Source of the DNA: Acidobacteriota bacterium
Lineage (GTDB): Bacteria > Acidobacteriota > Vicinamibacteria > Vicinamibacterales > JAKQTR01
Assembly (NCBI GenBank): GCA_037133015.1
Contig: JBAXOX010000008.1
Coordinates: forward strand, 26,368-90,367
Direction of reading: 5' to 3'
Length of the DNA stretch: 64,000 nucleotides
Shown: positions 35,855 through 47,100 of the stretch, one piece after another
Layout of the letters: each line of letters opens with the position of its first letter
Position numbering within the stretch: position 1 is the first letter of the stretch
Notes under the pieces: model-generated
The model's input: the letters and a program-made list of their open reading frames with translations, nothing else
Databases searched by the model: none
What the model was told of the DNA's origin: nothing
Made by a program: the position numbers and the translations under genes

Positions 35855-38800
35855 TCAGTTGCCCCCCTCTCTCGCCATGCTGCGGGCGTTGTCTTCGAAC
35901 GCCGCCATCACGGCCTCGTCTTCCGAGAGCCCGGTGGCTCGCATGCGAGCCTGCGCGTCAAGCACACGCCGGTAGTCGTGCGGCAGCACGCGAACAAATT
36001 TCGGCAGCCACGCGTCCCACGCGTCGAGGATGCGATGCGCGCGCTCGCTGTGGGTCGCCGCCGCGTAGCGCTGCAGAAGTGTGCGCAGCAGGACTTCTTC
36101 GTCGCCGGTGTCCACCTGGCCGAGTCCGACCAGTTCCGTGTTGCAGCGTGTCGCGAAATCGGCGTGCTCGTCGAGGATCCAGGCGATGCCGCCCGACATC
36201 CCCGCGCCGAAATTGCGGCCCGTGGGTCCGAGCACCACGACGTGTCCGCCGGTCATGTATTCGCATCCGTGGTCGCCGATGGCCTCGACCACAGCGGTGG
36301 CGCCGCTGTTGCGCACGCCGAACCGTTCGCCGGCCACGCCGCGGATGAAGGCCTCGCCCGCGGTGGCGCCGTAGAGCGCCACATTGCCGGCGATGACGTT
36401 CTCTTCCGGCACGAACGTCGATCCTGCCTGCGGCACGATGACAATCCTGCCGCCGCACAGGCCCTTGCCGACGTAGTCGTTCGTATCGCCCTCGAGCAGC
36501 AGCGTGATGCCGCGCGGCAGGAAGGCGCCGAAACTCTGCCCGGCCGATCCCTGGAAGCGCAGCTTGATCGTGTCGTCGACCAGGCCGTCCTGCCCCCAGC
36601 GCTTGGTCACTTCGCTGCCGAGCATCGTCCCGACCGCGCGATTGCCGTTGCTGATGGGCAACGTGGCGCTGACCGGGGTGCGAGACTCGAGTGCCGGGCG
36701 GCACAGCGGGATGAGGGTCGTGGCATCCAGCGTGGTATCCAGATCGTGATCCTGCGGAAAGCGGAACGTCCGCTTGACGTCACGGGGCACCGTCGGCTTC
36801 CAGAGGATGCGCGAGAAGTCCAGCGTCCGGGCCTTCCAGTGATCGACGGCCCGCCGCATCTCGAGGCGTTCGCTTCTGCCGACCATCTTCTCGAGAGAGC
36901 GGTAGCCGAGCTGCGCCATCAGTTCGCGCACTTCCATCGCGATAAATCGCATGAAGTGGACGACGTGGCCGGGGTCGCCCGTGAAGCGCTGCCGAAGCAC
37001 CGGGTCCTGCGTCGCGATGCCAACCGAGCAGGTATTGAGGTGGCAGTGCCTCATCATGACGCAGCCGAGCACGACGAGCGGCGCCGTGGCGAAGCCAAAC
37101 TCCTCGGCGCCCAGCAGCGCGGCGATGACCACGTCGCGCCCGGTTTTGAGCTGGCCGTCGGTTTCGAGGGCCACCCGGCTTCTCAGGTTATTGAGCACCA
37201 GCACCTGGTGCGCCTCGGCCAGACCCAGCTCCCAGGGCACGCCGGTGTGACGGATGCTGGTGAGCGGAGCGGCGCCGGTGCCGCCGTCGTAGCCGCTGAT
37301 CAGGATGACGTCGGCATGCGCTTTCGCGACGCCCGCGGCGATGGTGCCGACGCCGGCTTCCGAGACCAGCTTCACGCTGATGCGCGCATCACGATTCGCG
37401 TTCTTCAGATCGAAAATGAGCTGGGCCAGATCTTCGATCGAGTAGATGTCGTGGTGGGGGGGCGGCGAAATCAGGCCGACACCCGGCGTGGCATGACGCA
37501 CCTTTGCGATCCAGGGATAGACCTTGGGCCCCGGCAACTGCCCGCCCTCGCCAGGCTTGGCGCCCTGCGCCATCTTGATCTGCAGCTCGCGCGCCCGCAC
37601 GAGGTATTCGATGGTGACCCCGAAGCGTCCCGAGGCCACCTGCTTGATGGCGCTGCTTCTCGAGTCGCCGTTGGGCAGCGGTTCATAACGGGCAGGGTCT
37701 TCGCCCCCTTCGCCTGTATTGCTCTTGGCGCCGAGGCGGTTCATCGCGATCGCCAGGGCCTCGTGTGCTTCGGGGCTGATCGATCCGTACGACATGGCGC
37801 CCGTCTTGAAGCGCTTGACGATCGTCTCGACCGGCTCGACCTCGTCGATCGGCACGGGCTTGGCCAGCGGCTTGAAGTCCATCAGGTCGCGCAACTTGAC
37901 GGGCGGCTGTCCGTGCCGGTCGATGGTGGCGCTGTAGCGCTTGAACAGCTCGTAGTCGCCGGTGCGGCACGCGGTCTGGAGCAGATGGATGGACTCGGGC
38001 GTGTTCAGATGCGCCTCGCCGTCCCGGCGAAATGCGTAGTGCCCGCCTGTGCCGAGCGTGGTGTGCCGCAGCGGGCGGTTCGGGTAGGCCCACTCGTGGC
38101 GCAGGCGCACTTCGGTGGCGATCGCATCGATGCCGATGCCACCAATGCGGGTCGGGGTGCCGCTGAAGTATTCGTCGATAAAGTCCTGCGAGAGCCCGAG
38201 CGCTTCGAACACCTGCGCCCCGTGATAGCTCTGGACGGTCGAAATCCCCATCTTCGAGATGACCTTGACGATCCCCTTGTTGACCGCCGTGACGTAGCGC
38301 TTCTCGGCCGCCGCGGCATCCTCGGGGATCACGCCTTGCCGAATCCGATCGTGGATCGTCTCGAACGCCAGGTACGGGTTGATGGCGCTGGCGCCGTAGC
38401 CGATGAGCAGGCAGAAGTGATGCACCTCGCGCGGTTCGCCCGTTTCGAGGACGATGCCGACACGGGTGCGCGACCCCTCGCGAAGCAGGTGGTGCTGCAC
38501 CGAGGATTGGGCCAGCAGCGCCGGGATCGGCGCGTCAATCGCGTCGTGGCCCCGATCCGAGAGGATCAGCACGTTGTGCCCTTCGGCAATCGCTTCGCTG
38601 CAGCGGCGGCGAAGATCTTCGATCGCTTTCCGGAGTCCCTTGCCGCCTTCGTGCACTTTGAAGAGCATCGGCAGCGTGATCGATCTGAATCCGCGGGATC
38701 CGGCCTTGCCGTCCAGCGCCCGAATCTTCTCGAGTTCCGCGTTGCGCAGCACGGGCGTCGGCAGTTCGAAGTGCCGCGCGGCACTGGGCTTGGGCTCGAG

Positions 38801-40534
38801 CAAGTTGCCTTCGGGGCCAATCGCGGTATCGACCGCCATCACGATCGATTCGCGGTCGGCATCGACCGGCGGATTCGTCACCTGCGCGAACAACTGCTTG
38901 AAGTAGTCGTACAAGAGTTCGGGACGTTCGGTCAGCACCGCCAACGGAATGTCGGTGCCCATCGAGCCGATCGGTTCGGTGCCGTGGAGGGCCATCGGGT
39001 CGATGAGTCGCTTCACGTCTTCGAGGGTGTAGCCGAAGGTCTCCTGCCGCCGCAGCACCGTCTCGTGGTCGGGCTCGTGAACCGCCGGTGGATCGGGGAG
39101 GTCGCCGAGCCGGACGAGGTGATCGTCGAGCCACTGGCGGTAGGGGTGCGCGGCAGCCAGCGAGGCCTTGATCTCGTCGTCCGGGATGATGCGGCCCTCG
39201 GCCGTATCGACCAGAAAGATGCGCCCAGGCTGCAGGCGGCCCTTTCGCAGCACTTTGTCGGCCGGGATGTCGAGCACGCCAACCTCGGAGGCCACGACGA
39301 CCAGGCCGTCCTTGGTCGACACCCAGCGCGAGGGGCGCAGACCGTTGCGATCGAGGATGGCGCCAATGCGCGTGCCGTCGGTGAAGGCAATCGACGCCGG
39401 CCCGTCCCACGGCTCCATGAAGCAGGCGTGGAACTCGTAGAAGGCCTTGCGATCCGGATCCATCGATTCGTGCCGGCTCCACGGTTCTGGCACCATCATC
39501 ATCAACGCGTGCGGCAGCGACCGCCCGGCCAGCACGAGCAATTCGAGGACGTTGTCGAACATCCCCGAGTCGGACCCCTCGGTGTCGATGACCGGCAGCA
39601 CCTTCTGCAGGTTCGCGCCGAACAATCGCGACTCGAACATCCGCTGGCGCGCCTGCATCCAGTTGATGTTGCCGCGCAGCGTATTAATCTCGCCATTGTG
39701 CGAGATGTAGCGATACGGGTGCGCGCGCGACCAGCTCGGAAACGTGTTGGTCGAAAACCGCGAGTGGACCATCGCGAGACACGATACGAAGGCGTCGTCA
39801 TTGAGGTCCGGATAGAACGCCGCGAGTTGATTGGCGTTGAGCATTCCCTTATAGACGAGGGTTCTGGCCGACAGGCTGGCGACGTAGAAATGGCTGCGGC
39901 CCGGCAGCGAGGAACGGGAAATCGCCTTTTCGACCAGGCGCCGAATCACGTAGAGCGCGCGCTCGAACGTATCGCCCTTGGCCGTGCCAGCGCCCCGTCC
40001 GATGACGATCTGACGGATGACGGGCTGGCTGGCTCTGGCGGTCACCCCCAGCGAGGTGTCCGCCGTCGGAACGTCGCGCCACCCGACGACCGATTGCCCC
40101 TCGTCGACCGCAATCGTCTCGAGCCGCCGTTGGCAGGCCTGACGGCTTTCATCGTCGGCAGGCAGAAAGATCATCCCCACCGCGTAATCGTCGACCGGAG
40201 GCAACTCGAGGCCCAGGCCCCGGCATCGGGCCGCGAGAAACGCGTGGGGAATCTGCGTGAGCAAGCCAGCGCCGTCGCCCGAGTCCTTGTCGCTGCCGGT
40301 CGCCCCGCGGTGCTCGAGGTTGGTAAGCACCTGCAGCGCCTTCTGGACAATGTCGTGCGACTTGCGCGCCTTGAGATCGACGACGAAGCCGAATCCGCAC
40401 GAATCGTGCTCGAAGGCCGAATCGTAGAGCCCTTCAGATGCCGCGCGAGTCGACGCGTGAACGTCCAGCGGGACACGGCCCCCCGAGCCAGCGTCGAAGC
40501 GCGCGGGGGCCGTGGAGAAGGGCGAAGTTGGCAT
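35855..40534 (-). CDS. gltB: Glutamate synthase large subunit
   Basis: Preferred start ATG 40534 is within ORF 35855..40726. The Ntn amidotransferase site is [11 protein letters not shown], followed by the FMN/3Fe-4S domains and C-terminal GXGXG repeats ([16 protein letters not shown]). Confidence 0.95.
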   Translation of the reverse strand: MPTSPFSTAPARFDAGSGGRVPLDVHASTRAASEGLYDSAFEHDSCGFGFVVDLKARKSHDIVQKALQVLTNLEHRGATGSDKDSGDGAGLLTQIPHAFLAARCRGLGLELPPVDDYAVGMIFLPADDESRQACQRRLETIAVDEGQSVVGWRDVPTADTSLGVTARASQPVIRQIVIGRGAGTAKGDTFERALYVIRRLVEKAISRSSLPGRSHFYVASLSARTLVYKGMLNANQLAAFYPDLNDDAFVSCLAMVHSRFSTNTFPSWSRAHPYRYISHNGEINTLRGNINWMQARQRMFESRLFGANLQKVLPVIDTEGSDSGMFDNVLELLVLAGRSLPHALMMMVPEPWSRHESMDPDRKAFYEFHACFMEPWDGPASIAFTDGTRIGAILDRNGLRPSRWVSTKDGLVVVASEVGVLDIPADKVLRKGRLQPGRIFLVDTAEGRIIPDDEIKASLAAAHPYRQWLDDHLVRLGDLPDPPAVHEPDHETVLRRQETFGYTLEDVKRLIDPMALHGTEPIGSMGTDIPLAVLTERPELLYDYFKQLFAQVTNPPVDADRESIVMAVDTAIGPEGNLLEPKPSAARHFELPTPVLRNAELEKIRALDGKAGSRGFRSITLPMLFKVHEGGKGLRKAIEDLRRRCSEAIAEGHNVLILSDRGHDAIDAPIPALLAQSSVQHHLLREGSRTRVGIVLETGEPREVHHFCLLIGYGASAINPYLAFETIHDRIRQGVIPEDAAAAEKRYVTAVNKGIVKVISKMGISTVQSYHGAQVFEALGLSQDFIDEYFSGTPTRIGGIGIDAIATEVRLRHEWAYPNRPLRHTTLGTGGHYAFRRDGEAHLNTPESIHLLQTACRTGDYELFKRYSATIDRHGQPPVKLRDLMDFKPLAKPVPIDEVEPVETIVKRFKTGAMSYGSISPEAHEALAIAMNRLGAKSNTGEGGEDPARYEPLPNGDSRSSAIKQVASGRFGVTIEYLVRARELQIKMAQGAKPGEGGQLPGPKVYPWIAKVRHATPGVGLISPPPHHDIYSIEDLAQLIFDLKNANRDARISVKLVSEAGVGTIAAGVAKAHADVILISGYDGGTGAAPLTSIRHTGVPWELGLAEAHQVLVLNNLRSRVALETDGQLKTGRDVVIAALLGAEEFGFATAPLVVLGCVMMRHCHLNTCSVGIATQDPVLRQRFTGDPGHVVHFMRFIAMEVRELMAQLGYRSLEKMVGRSERLEMRRAVDHWKARTLDFSRILWKPTVPRDVKRTFRFPQDHDLDTTLDATTLIPLCRPALESRTPVSATLPISNGNRAVGTMLGSEVTKRWGQDGLVDDTIKLRFQGSAGQSFGAFLPRGITLLLEGDTNDYVGKGLCGGRIVIVPQAGSTFVPEENVIAGNVALYGATAGEAFIRGVAGERFGVRNSGATAVVEAIGDHGCEYMTGGHVVVLGPTGRNFGAGMSGGIAWILDEHADFATRCNTELVGLGQVDTGDEEVLLRTLLQRYAAATHSERAHRILDAWDAWLPKFVRVLPHDYRRVLDAQARMRATGLSEDEAVMAAFEDNARSMAREGGN

Positions 40535-40797
40535 AGGTGAGAATACGGCGCATCGACCACAGACACAAGCCGATGGGACCAGACAGACTCCGTTCACCGC
40601 AGACAGATACTCGACATCAGCGCGCCGCATGGGGACCACCGGCTGATGGCGACAGGGGAGCGGTCCGTTTTGCTGGAGATGTTCGCCGCGCTGGTCGGCC
40701 TTCCGTGTGTCGTTGCGCCGCACCACCGAGACGAACCGGAGGGCGACACGACACTCGTCGATAGCATCTCCCAGCCATGGTGGGGCACAATCAGAGG

Positions 40798-41544
40798 ATG
40801 CTCGTCGTCGCGCTCGATACTACGACTCGAACCGGCAGCGTCGCCCTGGTCCGCGGCCATCGCGTGCTGGCCGTGCGTGAAGGAGACGGCGGCGCTGCGC
40901 ACGCCACACGCCTCCCGGGCGATGTGCTGGGTCTGCTGCGCGACCAGGGGTTCGAGATGGCCGAGGTGGACGTGTTCGGGGTGGCGGTGGGGCCTGGATC
41001 GTTTACCGGATTACGGATCGGGTTGGCGTCGGTTCAGGGACTGGCCTTCGCCAGCGGCAAACCGGTGGTGGGGGTGTCGGCGTTCGACGCGCTGGCGGCG
41101 GCGGCGTGGGCGGCACGCGCCCCGGGCGCGGACGGCCCGGTGGCGATGTGGTTGGACGCGCAGCGGCTAGAGGTCTACGCCGCGGCGGTGCGGGTGAGCG
41201 GCGACTGGGACGCCGCGATCGACCTCGACTTCGAGTATCTCGACCCTCCCTCGGTCGCCGCTCCGCAGGCCGTGCTGGATCGGTGGTCCAGAGAAGCGTG
41301 GTGGCGCGAGGCCACCGTGGCGGGTGGCGGGGCTCTAGCGTATCGCGAGGTGATGTCCAGCCCGGGCGGCCTCCGCCGGCCCATCCTCGATCCGACGCCG
41401 TTGCTGGCGCCCGCGATCGGCAAGTTGGCCGAGCGTCTGGCGGGGCGCGGCCTTGGTGTGGCACCCCACGCCCTCAAGCCCATGTACGTGCGCAGACCCG
41501 ACGCCGAATTGGCACGCGACCGTCGGCGGGCTGGCGGCCCGTGA
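40798..41544 (+). CDS. tsaB: tRNA threonylcarbamoyladenosine biosynthesis protein TsaB
   Basis: [18 protein letters not shown]...[21 protein letters not shown]. The alternative start ATG 40777 would add 7 aa. Confidence 0.85.
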   Translation: MLVVALDTTTRTGSVALVRGHRVLAVREGDGGAAHATRLPGDVLGLLRDQGFEMAEVDVFGVAVGPGSFTGLRIGLASVQGLAFASGKPVVGVSAFDALAAAAWAARAPGADGPVAMWLDAQRLEVYAAAVRVSGDWDAAIDLDFEYLDPPSVAAPQAVLDRWSREAWWREATVAGGGALAYREVMSSPGGLRRPILDPTPLLAPAIGKLAERLAGRGLGVAPHALKPMYVRRPDAELARDRRRAGGP

Positions 41545-42002
41545 CCCACAGCTGGATCGAGCCTCTCGACGGCGAAGACGATCTGGCGGGAGTGATGGAG
41601 ATCGACCGGCTCAGTTTTGCGACGCCGTGGTCGAGACAGATGTACGACGCCGAACTCGGCAACCCGGGCGTCTCGTTTCTGGCCGTGCTGCGAACCGCCG
41701 ACTGCCGTGTCGCGGGCTATTGTTCCTACTGGATCGTGCTGGACGAAGTCCTCATCAACAACGTCGCGGTTCGCCCCGAGTATCGGGGGCGGGGATTGGG
41801 CCGGCGCCTGGTCGAGCACATCCTGCGCAGTGGCGCCACGCTCGGCCTGGCGCGGGCGCTGCTCGAGGTGCGACGCGGGAATGAGCCGGCGAGACAACTC
41901 TATGAAAAGCTTGGATTTACCCGCATCGGAGTGCGGCGCGACTATTACAATGCGCCAGTCGAAGACGCGCTGGTTCTCGAGCGGCGCCTGGGGCCGGGTT
42001 GA
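41541..42002 (+). CDS. rimI: Ribosomal-protein-alanine N-acetyltransferase RimI (GNAT)
   Basis: GTG 41541 overlaps the tsaB TGA (GTGA). The GNAT motif is INNVAVRPEYRGRGLGRRLVEHIL. The tsaB-rimI pairing is a conserved arrangement. Confidence 0.85.
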   Translation: MTHSWIEPLDGEDDLAGVMEIDRLSFATPWSRQMYDAELGNPGVSFLAVLRTADCRVAGYCSYWIVLDEVLINNVAVRPEYRGRGLGRRLVEHILRSGATLGLARALLEVRRGNEPARQLYEKLGFTRIGVRRDYYNAPVEDALVLERRLGPG

Positions 42003-42177
42003 ATCGGATCCCAAGGCTTGATGCCACTTTCACGTTGTGGTAACTTGCGCATATACCCCTCGAGGTTGCCAATCGCGGTTGCGACCTGGTGCCTCTCGGG
42101 TTCCGGCCCATGGTATTCCACAGACTCCTCCACGCGCTTCTGACCGGCCCCTGTAGCAATAGAAGGAGGCGAACCGC

Positions 42178-42426
42178 ATGACGGCAGACGCACCCGATGT
42201 AACGTCGACCCTGGTTCAGACTGACGACGAGTTCCGCGAACTGTCGAGTAAGCACAAGGAATTGGAACACCGCTTGTCTGAGTTGGCTGGTAAGACCTAC
42301 CTGTCCGAGCCCGAACTGGTCGAGGAAGCGACGATCAAGAAGCGAAAACTTCAGTTGAAAGATCGGATGGAAGATATCGTCAGACGCTTCCGTGGCGAGC
42401 ACGGCCCAGAAGTGTTGATGGCCTGA
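42178..42426 (+). CDS. DUF465 (YdcH-like) small coiled-coil protein
   Basis: GAAGGAGG RBS. The sequence is FRELSSKHKELEHRLSELAGKTYLSEPELVEEATIKKRKLQLKDRMEDIV. Confidence 0.7.
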   Translation: MTADAPDVTSTLVQTDDEFRELSSKHKELEHRLSELAGKTYLSEPELVEEATIKKRKLQLKDRMEDIVRRFRGEHGPEVLMA

Positions 42427-42431
42427 ACCCT

Positions 42432-42452
42432 GCAGCCCTGTCGCGGGGCTGC
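42432..42452 (+). terminator. Hairpin GCAGCCC-tgtcgcg-GGGCTGC 6 nt after the DUF465 stop codon
   Basis: 7-bp perfect stem with no T tract after it, so the terminator assignment is weak. Confidence 0.25.
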
Positions 42453-42575
42453 GTGCGGGCGACTGGCGGAGCAGAAGATCCACGCAGCCAGCATCCCTTC
42501 GCGGGGGCGCTGGCTGCGGTCGTTTTGGGCGTGTTCGTCCCGCCGGCGCACGCCCCGAAGTACAATGGCCCGCAG

Positions 42576-43199
42576 ATGCATATCGACAAGGCGGGCTGGC
42601 CGTTCGTGATTCCGCCGGCGCTGGTGGCGCTCGCCGGTGGCCTGCTGGGGGTCTGGTGGCTCGTCGCGGCGATGGCGGCGTTGTCGGCGTTCATGCTGTT
42701 CTTTTTCCGGGATCCCCACCGCAACGTGCCCGTCGAGCCAGGCCTGGTGCTTGCTCCGGCCGACGGGAAAGTGCTGATTGCCGGGGATGCCGATCCCGCC
42801 GTCGCCCCGGCGGGGGAGTGGACGCAGGTGAGCGTGTTTCTGTCGCCGGTTGACGTGCATATCAACCGTGTGCCCATTGGGGGACAGGTGACGAAGGTTG
42901 AATACCGGCCCGGGCGATTTCTTGCAGCGTATCGGTGGGAGGCGGCGTCGGCCAACGAGCGCAACGACGTCTGGATCGAACACCAGGGAGAAACGGTGGT
43001 CTGCCGACAGGTGGTGGGTGTGCTTGCGCGGCGCCTGGTGTGCAGAGCCAACGTCGGCGATCGGGTGAGAGCCGGAGATCGGTACGGTTTGATGAAGTTC
43101 GGATCCCGCATTGACCTGTTTCTGCCTCGCCGCGCGCGATTGTGCGTGAGTGCGGGCGACCGCATCCGGGGCGGCGAAACCGTGGTGGCGAGATGGTGA
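42576..43199 (+). CDS. psd: Phosphatidylserine decarboxylase proenzyme (short type)
   Basis: Preferred start ATG 42576 is within ORF 42453..43199. Features are N-terminal TM helices, LSPVDVHINRVP, and the self-cleavage motif KFGSRIDLFLP. Confidence 0.85.
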   Translation: MHIDKAGWPFVIPPALVALAGGLLGVWWLVAAMAALSAFMLFFFRDPHRNVPVEPGLVLAPADGKVLIAGDADPAVAPAGEWTQVSVFLSPVDVHINRVPIGGQVTKVEYRPGRFLAAYRWEAASANERNDVWIEHQGETVVCRQVVGVLARRLVCRANVGDRVRAGDRYGLMKFGSRIDLFLPRRARLCVSAGDRIRGGETVVARW

Positions 43200-44056
43200 A
43201 TCCGACCGACGAACAGTCCAACCGAGACGGCGTTCCGGAAGATGGCGGCGCGTACCGGTTCGGCGTGCGAACGCGCTTCAGACGAAATCCGGCCCAGCGA
43301 CGTCAACGGTTGAGGCGCGGCGTCTACCTGCTGCCGAGCTTGTTCACCCTCGGCAATATGTTCTGCGGATACCTCTGTATCCTCTATGCGATTCGCGGCG
43401 AGTTCGAAGTGGCGGCGCCGTTTATCGGATTGGCCGTCGTGCTCGACATGCTCGACGGGCGCATCGCCCGGCTGACCAAGACGGAAAGCGCCTTTGGCGT
43501 CGAGTTCGATTCGCTGTCCGACGTGATTTCGTTTGGCGTGGCGCCGGCCGTGCTCGCGTTCATGTGGGGACTGGCGCCCCTCCAGCGATTGGGCTGGGCC
43601 GCCGGATTCGTCTACCTGGCGGCGACGGCGATTCGACTGGCGCGATTCAACATCCAGACGGGAATCAATCCGGACAAACGCTATTTCGTGGGCTTGCCAA
43701 GTCCCGCGGCCGCGGCGATTCCTGCCTCGACGGTCTTCTTCTATTCGGAAGGGTTCACCAGGCCCAACAGCGCCATCATCGCGCTGGCGGTGGTGCTGGT
43801 GCCGGCGTTCCTGATGGTGACCACCATCCGGTTCCGCAGCTTCAAGACCTTGGACCTCCAGGCCCGACGCTCGTACAAGGTCCTCGGCCTGATCGCGCTC
43901 GGATACGCCGCGATTCAGATTCGACCGCAGATCCTGCTGGTCGTCATTTCGTACGTCTACGTGCTGTCGGGATTTGTTGGCCTGGTGTGGGGACGGCTTC
44001 GCCGTCGCCGGACGCCGCCGACCGCGCCCGCCCCACACGACCCAACCGCGTCATAG
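43193..44056 (+). CDS. pssA: CDP-diacylglycerol--serine O-phosphatidyltransferase
   Basis: ATG 43193 overlaps the psd 3' end by 7 nt. The CDP-alcohol phosphatidyltransferase motif is DMLDGRIARLTKTESAFGVEFDSLSDVISFG. Confidence 0.85.
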   Translation: MVNPTDEQSNRDGVPEDGGAYRFGVRTRFRRNPAQRRQRLRRGVYLLPSLFTLGNMFCGYLCILYAIRGEFEVAAPFIGLAVVLDMLDGRIARLTKTESAFGVEFDSLSDVISFGVAPAVLAFMWGLAPLQRLGWAAGFVYLAATAIRLARFNIQTGINPDKRYFVGLPSPAAAAIPASTVFFYSEGFTRPNSAIIALAVVLVPAFLMVTTIRFRSFKTLDLQARRSYKVLGLIALGYAAIQIRPQILLVVISYVYVLSGFVGLVWGRLRRRRTPPTAPAPHDPTAS

Positions 44057-44113
44057 GGGCGCCCCTCTGGCGTGGCGGTCGCTATCGCCGCCCTCGGCAG
44101 CGCCGGGTGCTGC

Positions 44114-47100
44114 TCAGGTCGGGCGAGCCGCGCCGCCGGTCGGAACCTCGTTGGGCGTGGCTGCCAGCGTCGGCAGCGACACGGTGACCACGGTGCCGAC
44201 ACCAGGCGCGCTCTCGATCGCCACGCGGCCTCCGTTCAATTCCACATTGCGCTTGACGATGGTGAGCCCGAGCCCGGTGCCGATCGCCTTGGTGGAAAAA
44301 TACGGTTCGAAGATCTGCCCGAGCGCGGCGGGTTCCATGCCGACGCCGGTGTCGCGCGTCACCAGTTCGATGCGCCGCCCGTCGTCGGCCTCGCGGCCGG
44401 TAATCGTCAGACAGCCCCCGCCAGCCATCGCGTGCAGGGCGTTCTCGACCAGGTTGGCGAGCGCCCGTCCGACCAGCGACCGATCGACGTACATCGCCGG
44501 GAGGCTGTCGGGCACGTCGACCTCGAGGCGAACGGCTGCGGGCAACCCGGGTCGGTACGGCGCGACGACCTCCTCCACCAGGTCCGCTGGCGCGATCGAC
44601 ACCGGCCTGGCGGTGGGCGACGAGGCAAAGCTGGAGAAATCCCCGGCGATCTGCCGGAGCAGCCTCACCTGCGTGAGGATCGACCCGATGCAGTTATCGA
44701 CCACCGGACCCAGGGGCGATCCCTGGTCGAGGTGGACGCGCCTCAAGTGTTCGGCCGAGAGCTGAATGGGCGTCAGCGGATTCTTGATCTCGTGCGCGAC
44801 CTGGCGGGCCATGTCGGCCCAGGCCTCGAGTCGGTGTGCGCGCCCGGCGGCCTGCTGGTTGCGCTTCAACTCGACGGCCATCGTGTTGAACGCGTCCACC
44901 AGGCGGCTCAATTCGTTCGACGAGGACATCACGAGACGAACGTCGAGATCGCCGGTCGACAACTTTCTGGTCGCGCGTTGAAGCGCGCGCACCGGATCGG
45001 CGATGCGCTCGGCCATCACCCACCCGAGCCCGGATCCCAGCATGACACAGATGATCACGGCCAACAGGATCCGACGGTTCAAGTCGTCGATTTCTATTTC
45101 GATGGCGTGCTGACGCGGCGTCAGCGGTACGGTCAGGATGGCGTCGTGGCCTGACAGTCGGGCGGGCGCGGCGGCGACGAGGTACGAAAACGATCCGGCT
45201 CGCTCCTCGCCGACAAACGTTGCCCGCCGGTCCAGGGCAATGGCGCGGAATACGTTGGCCGACGTGCGGGTGGACAGCAGGCCCGACGCGAACAGGTCGC
45301 GCTCGCTGGTGGCCGCCAGCAGCGGGCCGTCGTACACGTTGACGTCCTGATCGATGACACGCGAGATCCAGACCATGATGTCGTCGGTGAGCGGCTGCCC
45401 GGGGCTGTCGGTGCGCTCCTGGAGCCGGCCGTAGTCTTCGACGACGCGCTGGGCGACGGTCACGGTTCGAATGGCCGCCTCTTCGATGCCGGCGCGCAAC
45501 TGGCCGGACATATAGCTCTGCGCGAGCGCCGCCAGAGACATGACGGGCACCACGGCGGCGGCCACCACCGCGATGGCGAGTTTGCGGTAGAAGCTCGCCC
45601 GGATCTCGAGAAACAGTTCGCGGCCCCGGTCCGCGGTTGAGACGCCGAGCCGCGACGCGACGGCGCCCGCCAGCAGCCAGACGATGTACACGACGCCGGC
45701 CAGCGTGGCCAGTTCGGCCACCGCCACCAGGTGCCCCAGCCAGTCAAAGGTGGGCAGGCGGAGCGCGTAGATGCCGGCGCGATCGTTGGCCAGGTACACG
45801 TCATACGAGCGGCCTGCCCAGGATTGCCGGCTCCAGAACGGGGTTCGGGAGGCATAGACCCGCTGGAAGGTCGCTTCGTCGAGCGTCGATGCGCCGGTTC
45901 CCGATTCGAACAAGGGCCGTCGGCTCCAGCCGTAGACGGCGAACTCGGTTTCCCGCGCGTGCGAAGAATCGGGCCCCGCGTTGCGCATCGTGCGGAAGTA
46001 CTCGACGTACGGATTCTGGGAACTGAGAAACGGCAGCGCCCCGTAGTCGAGCATGGCGTGGATGACGATCGCACCGACCATCTGACGGCCATGCGGCCCG
46101 TCGGCGCACAGCCCGCGGCCCGCGTGCAGCAGGCGGCGCTCGTCGGATCCGAAGGGCGACACTTCTTCGAACAAATCCCATTCGCACGACGCCTCCTGCC
46201 ACTTCTGCTGGGCCGAGGTGTACTCGGGGAGATTGAGCGCGAAGCGGCTTACCAGGCTCCCATCGGCCGCGTAGAGTTCGACCGCCGAGGTAAGCCGGTG
46301 TCTGCCGAGATCGGTTTGCGACCAGACCAGGAACGCGGATTCGGTGGGTGGCGACACGGGCCGCGGCGCCGACGGCGCAATCGCCAGTTCGGCCAGGCGC
46401 GGCACACGGTCGATCTGGGTCAGCGCGGTGCGGACCCGGACCTGCAGGTCGTCGCGCTGCCGCATGACGTCGGGTGCGAGCCTGGTTTCCACCACCGCCT
46501 CGTTGGCGCTGGTGGCATGGAGAAACGCGGCGGGATACAGGGCAATCCCTGGAAGCGCCAGGGACAAAAACAGCGCCGACATGGCGGCGCTTTGCGAGGC
46601 GCGACGCCTCCAGTGCGCAAATCGGACCGTTCCCCAGGCCAGCACAATGGCCAGCAGGGCGGGCGGCAAGATGGTCCAACTGGGCGTGGGCGTCGGCACC
46701 ATCCGGGTGCCGACCAGCCAGGCCACCAGCGGGCCGATCCAGCACGCGATCCACGCGACGCGCACCAGCGGCGTGTTGCGCGGATTGAACCAGAGGAGCC
46801 CGAACCGCAGGAGCGCAACGGCGGCCCACACCACCGACGCGTGAAGGCCGAGCAGCGCCACAGCCAAGGCGAGGCGCTGGAATTCCAGCGGATGCAGGGA
46901 ATAGCTCAGCAGATCGATGCCCGGCACTTTCGCCAGTTGGTGGAGGGCGCCGTCGTACTTGGCGAGCAGCACGACGACGCTGGCTGCGGCCGCGATCTGG
47001 ACGCCGGCAAACAGGCTGATGGACGCCGCCGAGGACGTGACGATGTGCCGCTGACGCCTGGCGGCAATCCGAAGCCTGGTCATCGATTCGCCCGCAATCG

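Noticed and set aside
35840-40540. 1566-aa plus-strand ORF spanning the whole gltB locus
   Set aside because: It is exactly antisense to an unmistakable gltB. Its translation is Arg/Gly/Ala/His-rich with no motif. Stop-free antisense frames are expected at this GC content.
42018-42046. TTGATG-17 nt-TAACTT sigma70-like promoter upstream of the DUF465 gene
   Set aside because: The -10 match is poor and it lies ~130 nt from the start codon. It is plausible but not strong enough to list as a feature.
44057-44066. GGGGCGCCCC perfect palindrome between the convergent pssA and kinase genes as a terminator
   Set aside because: It has no loop and no T tract, and it is too short to call a terminator.
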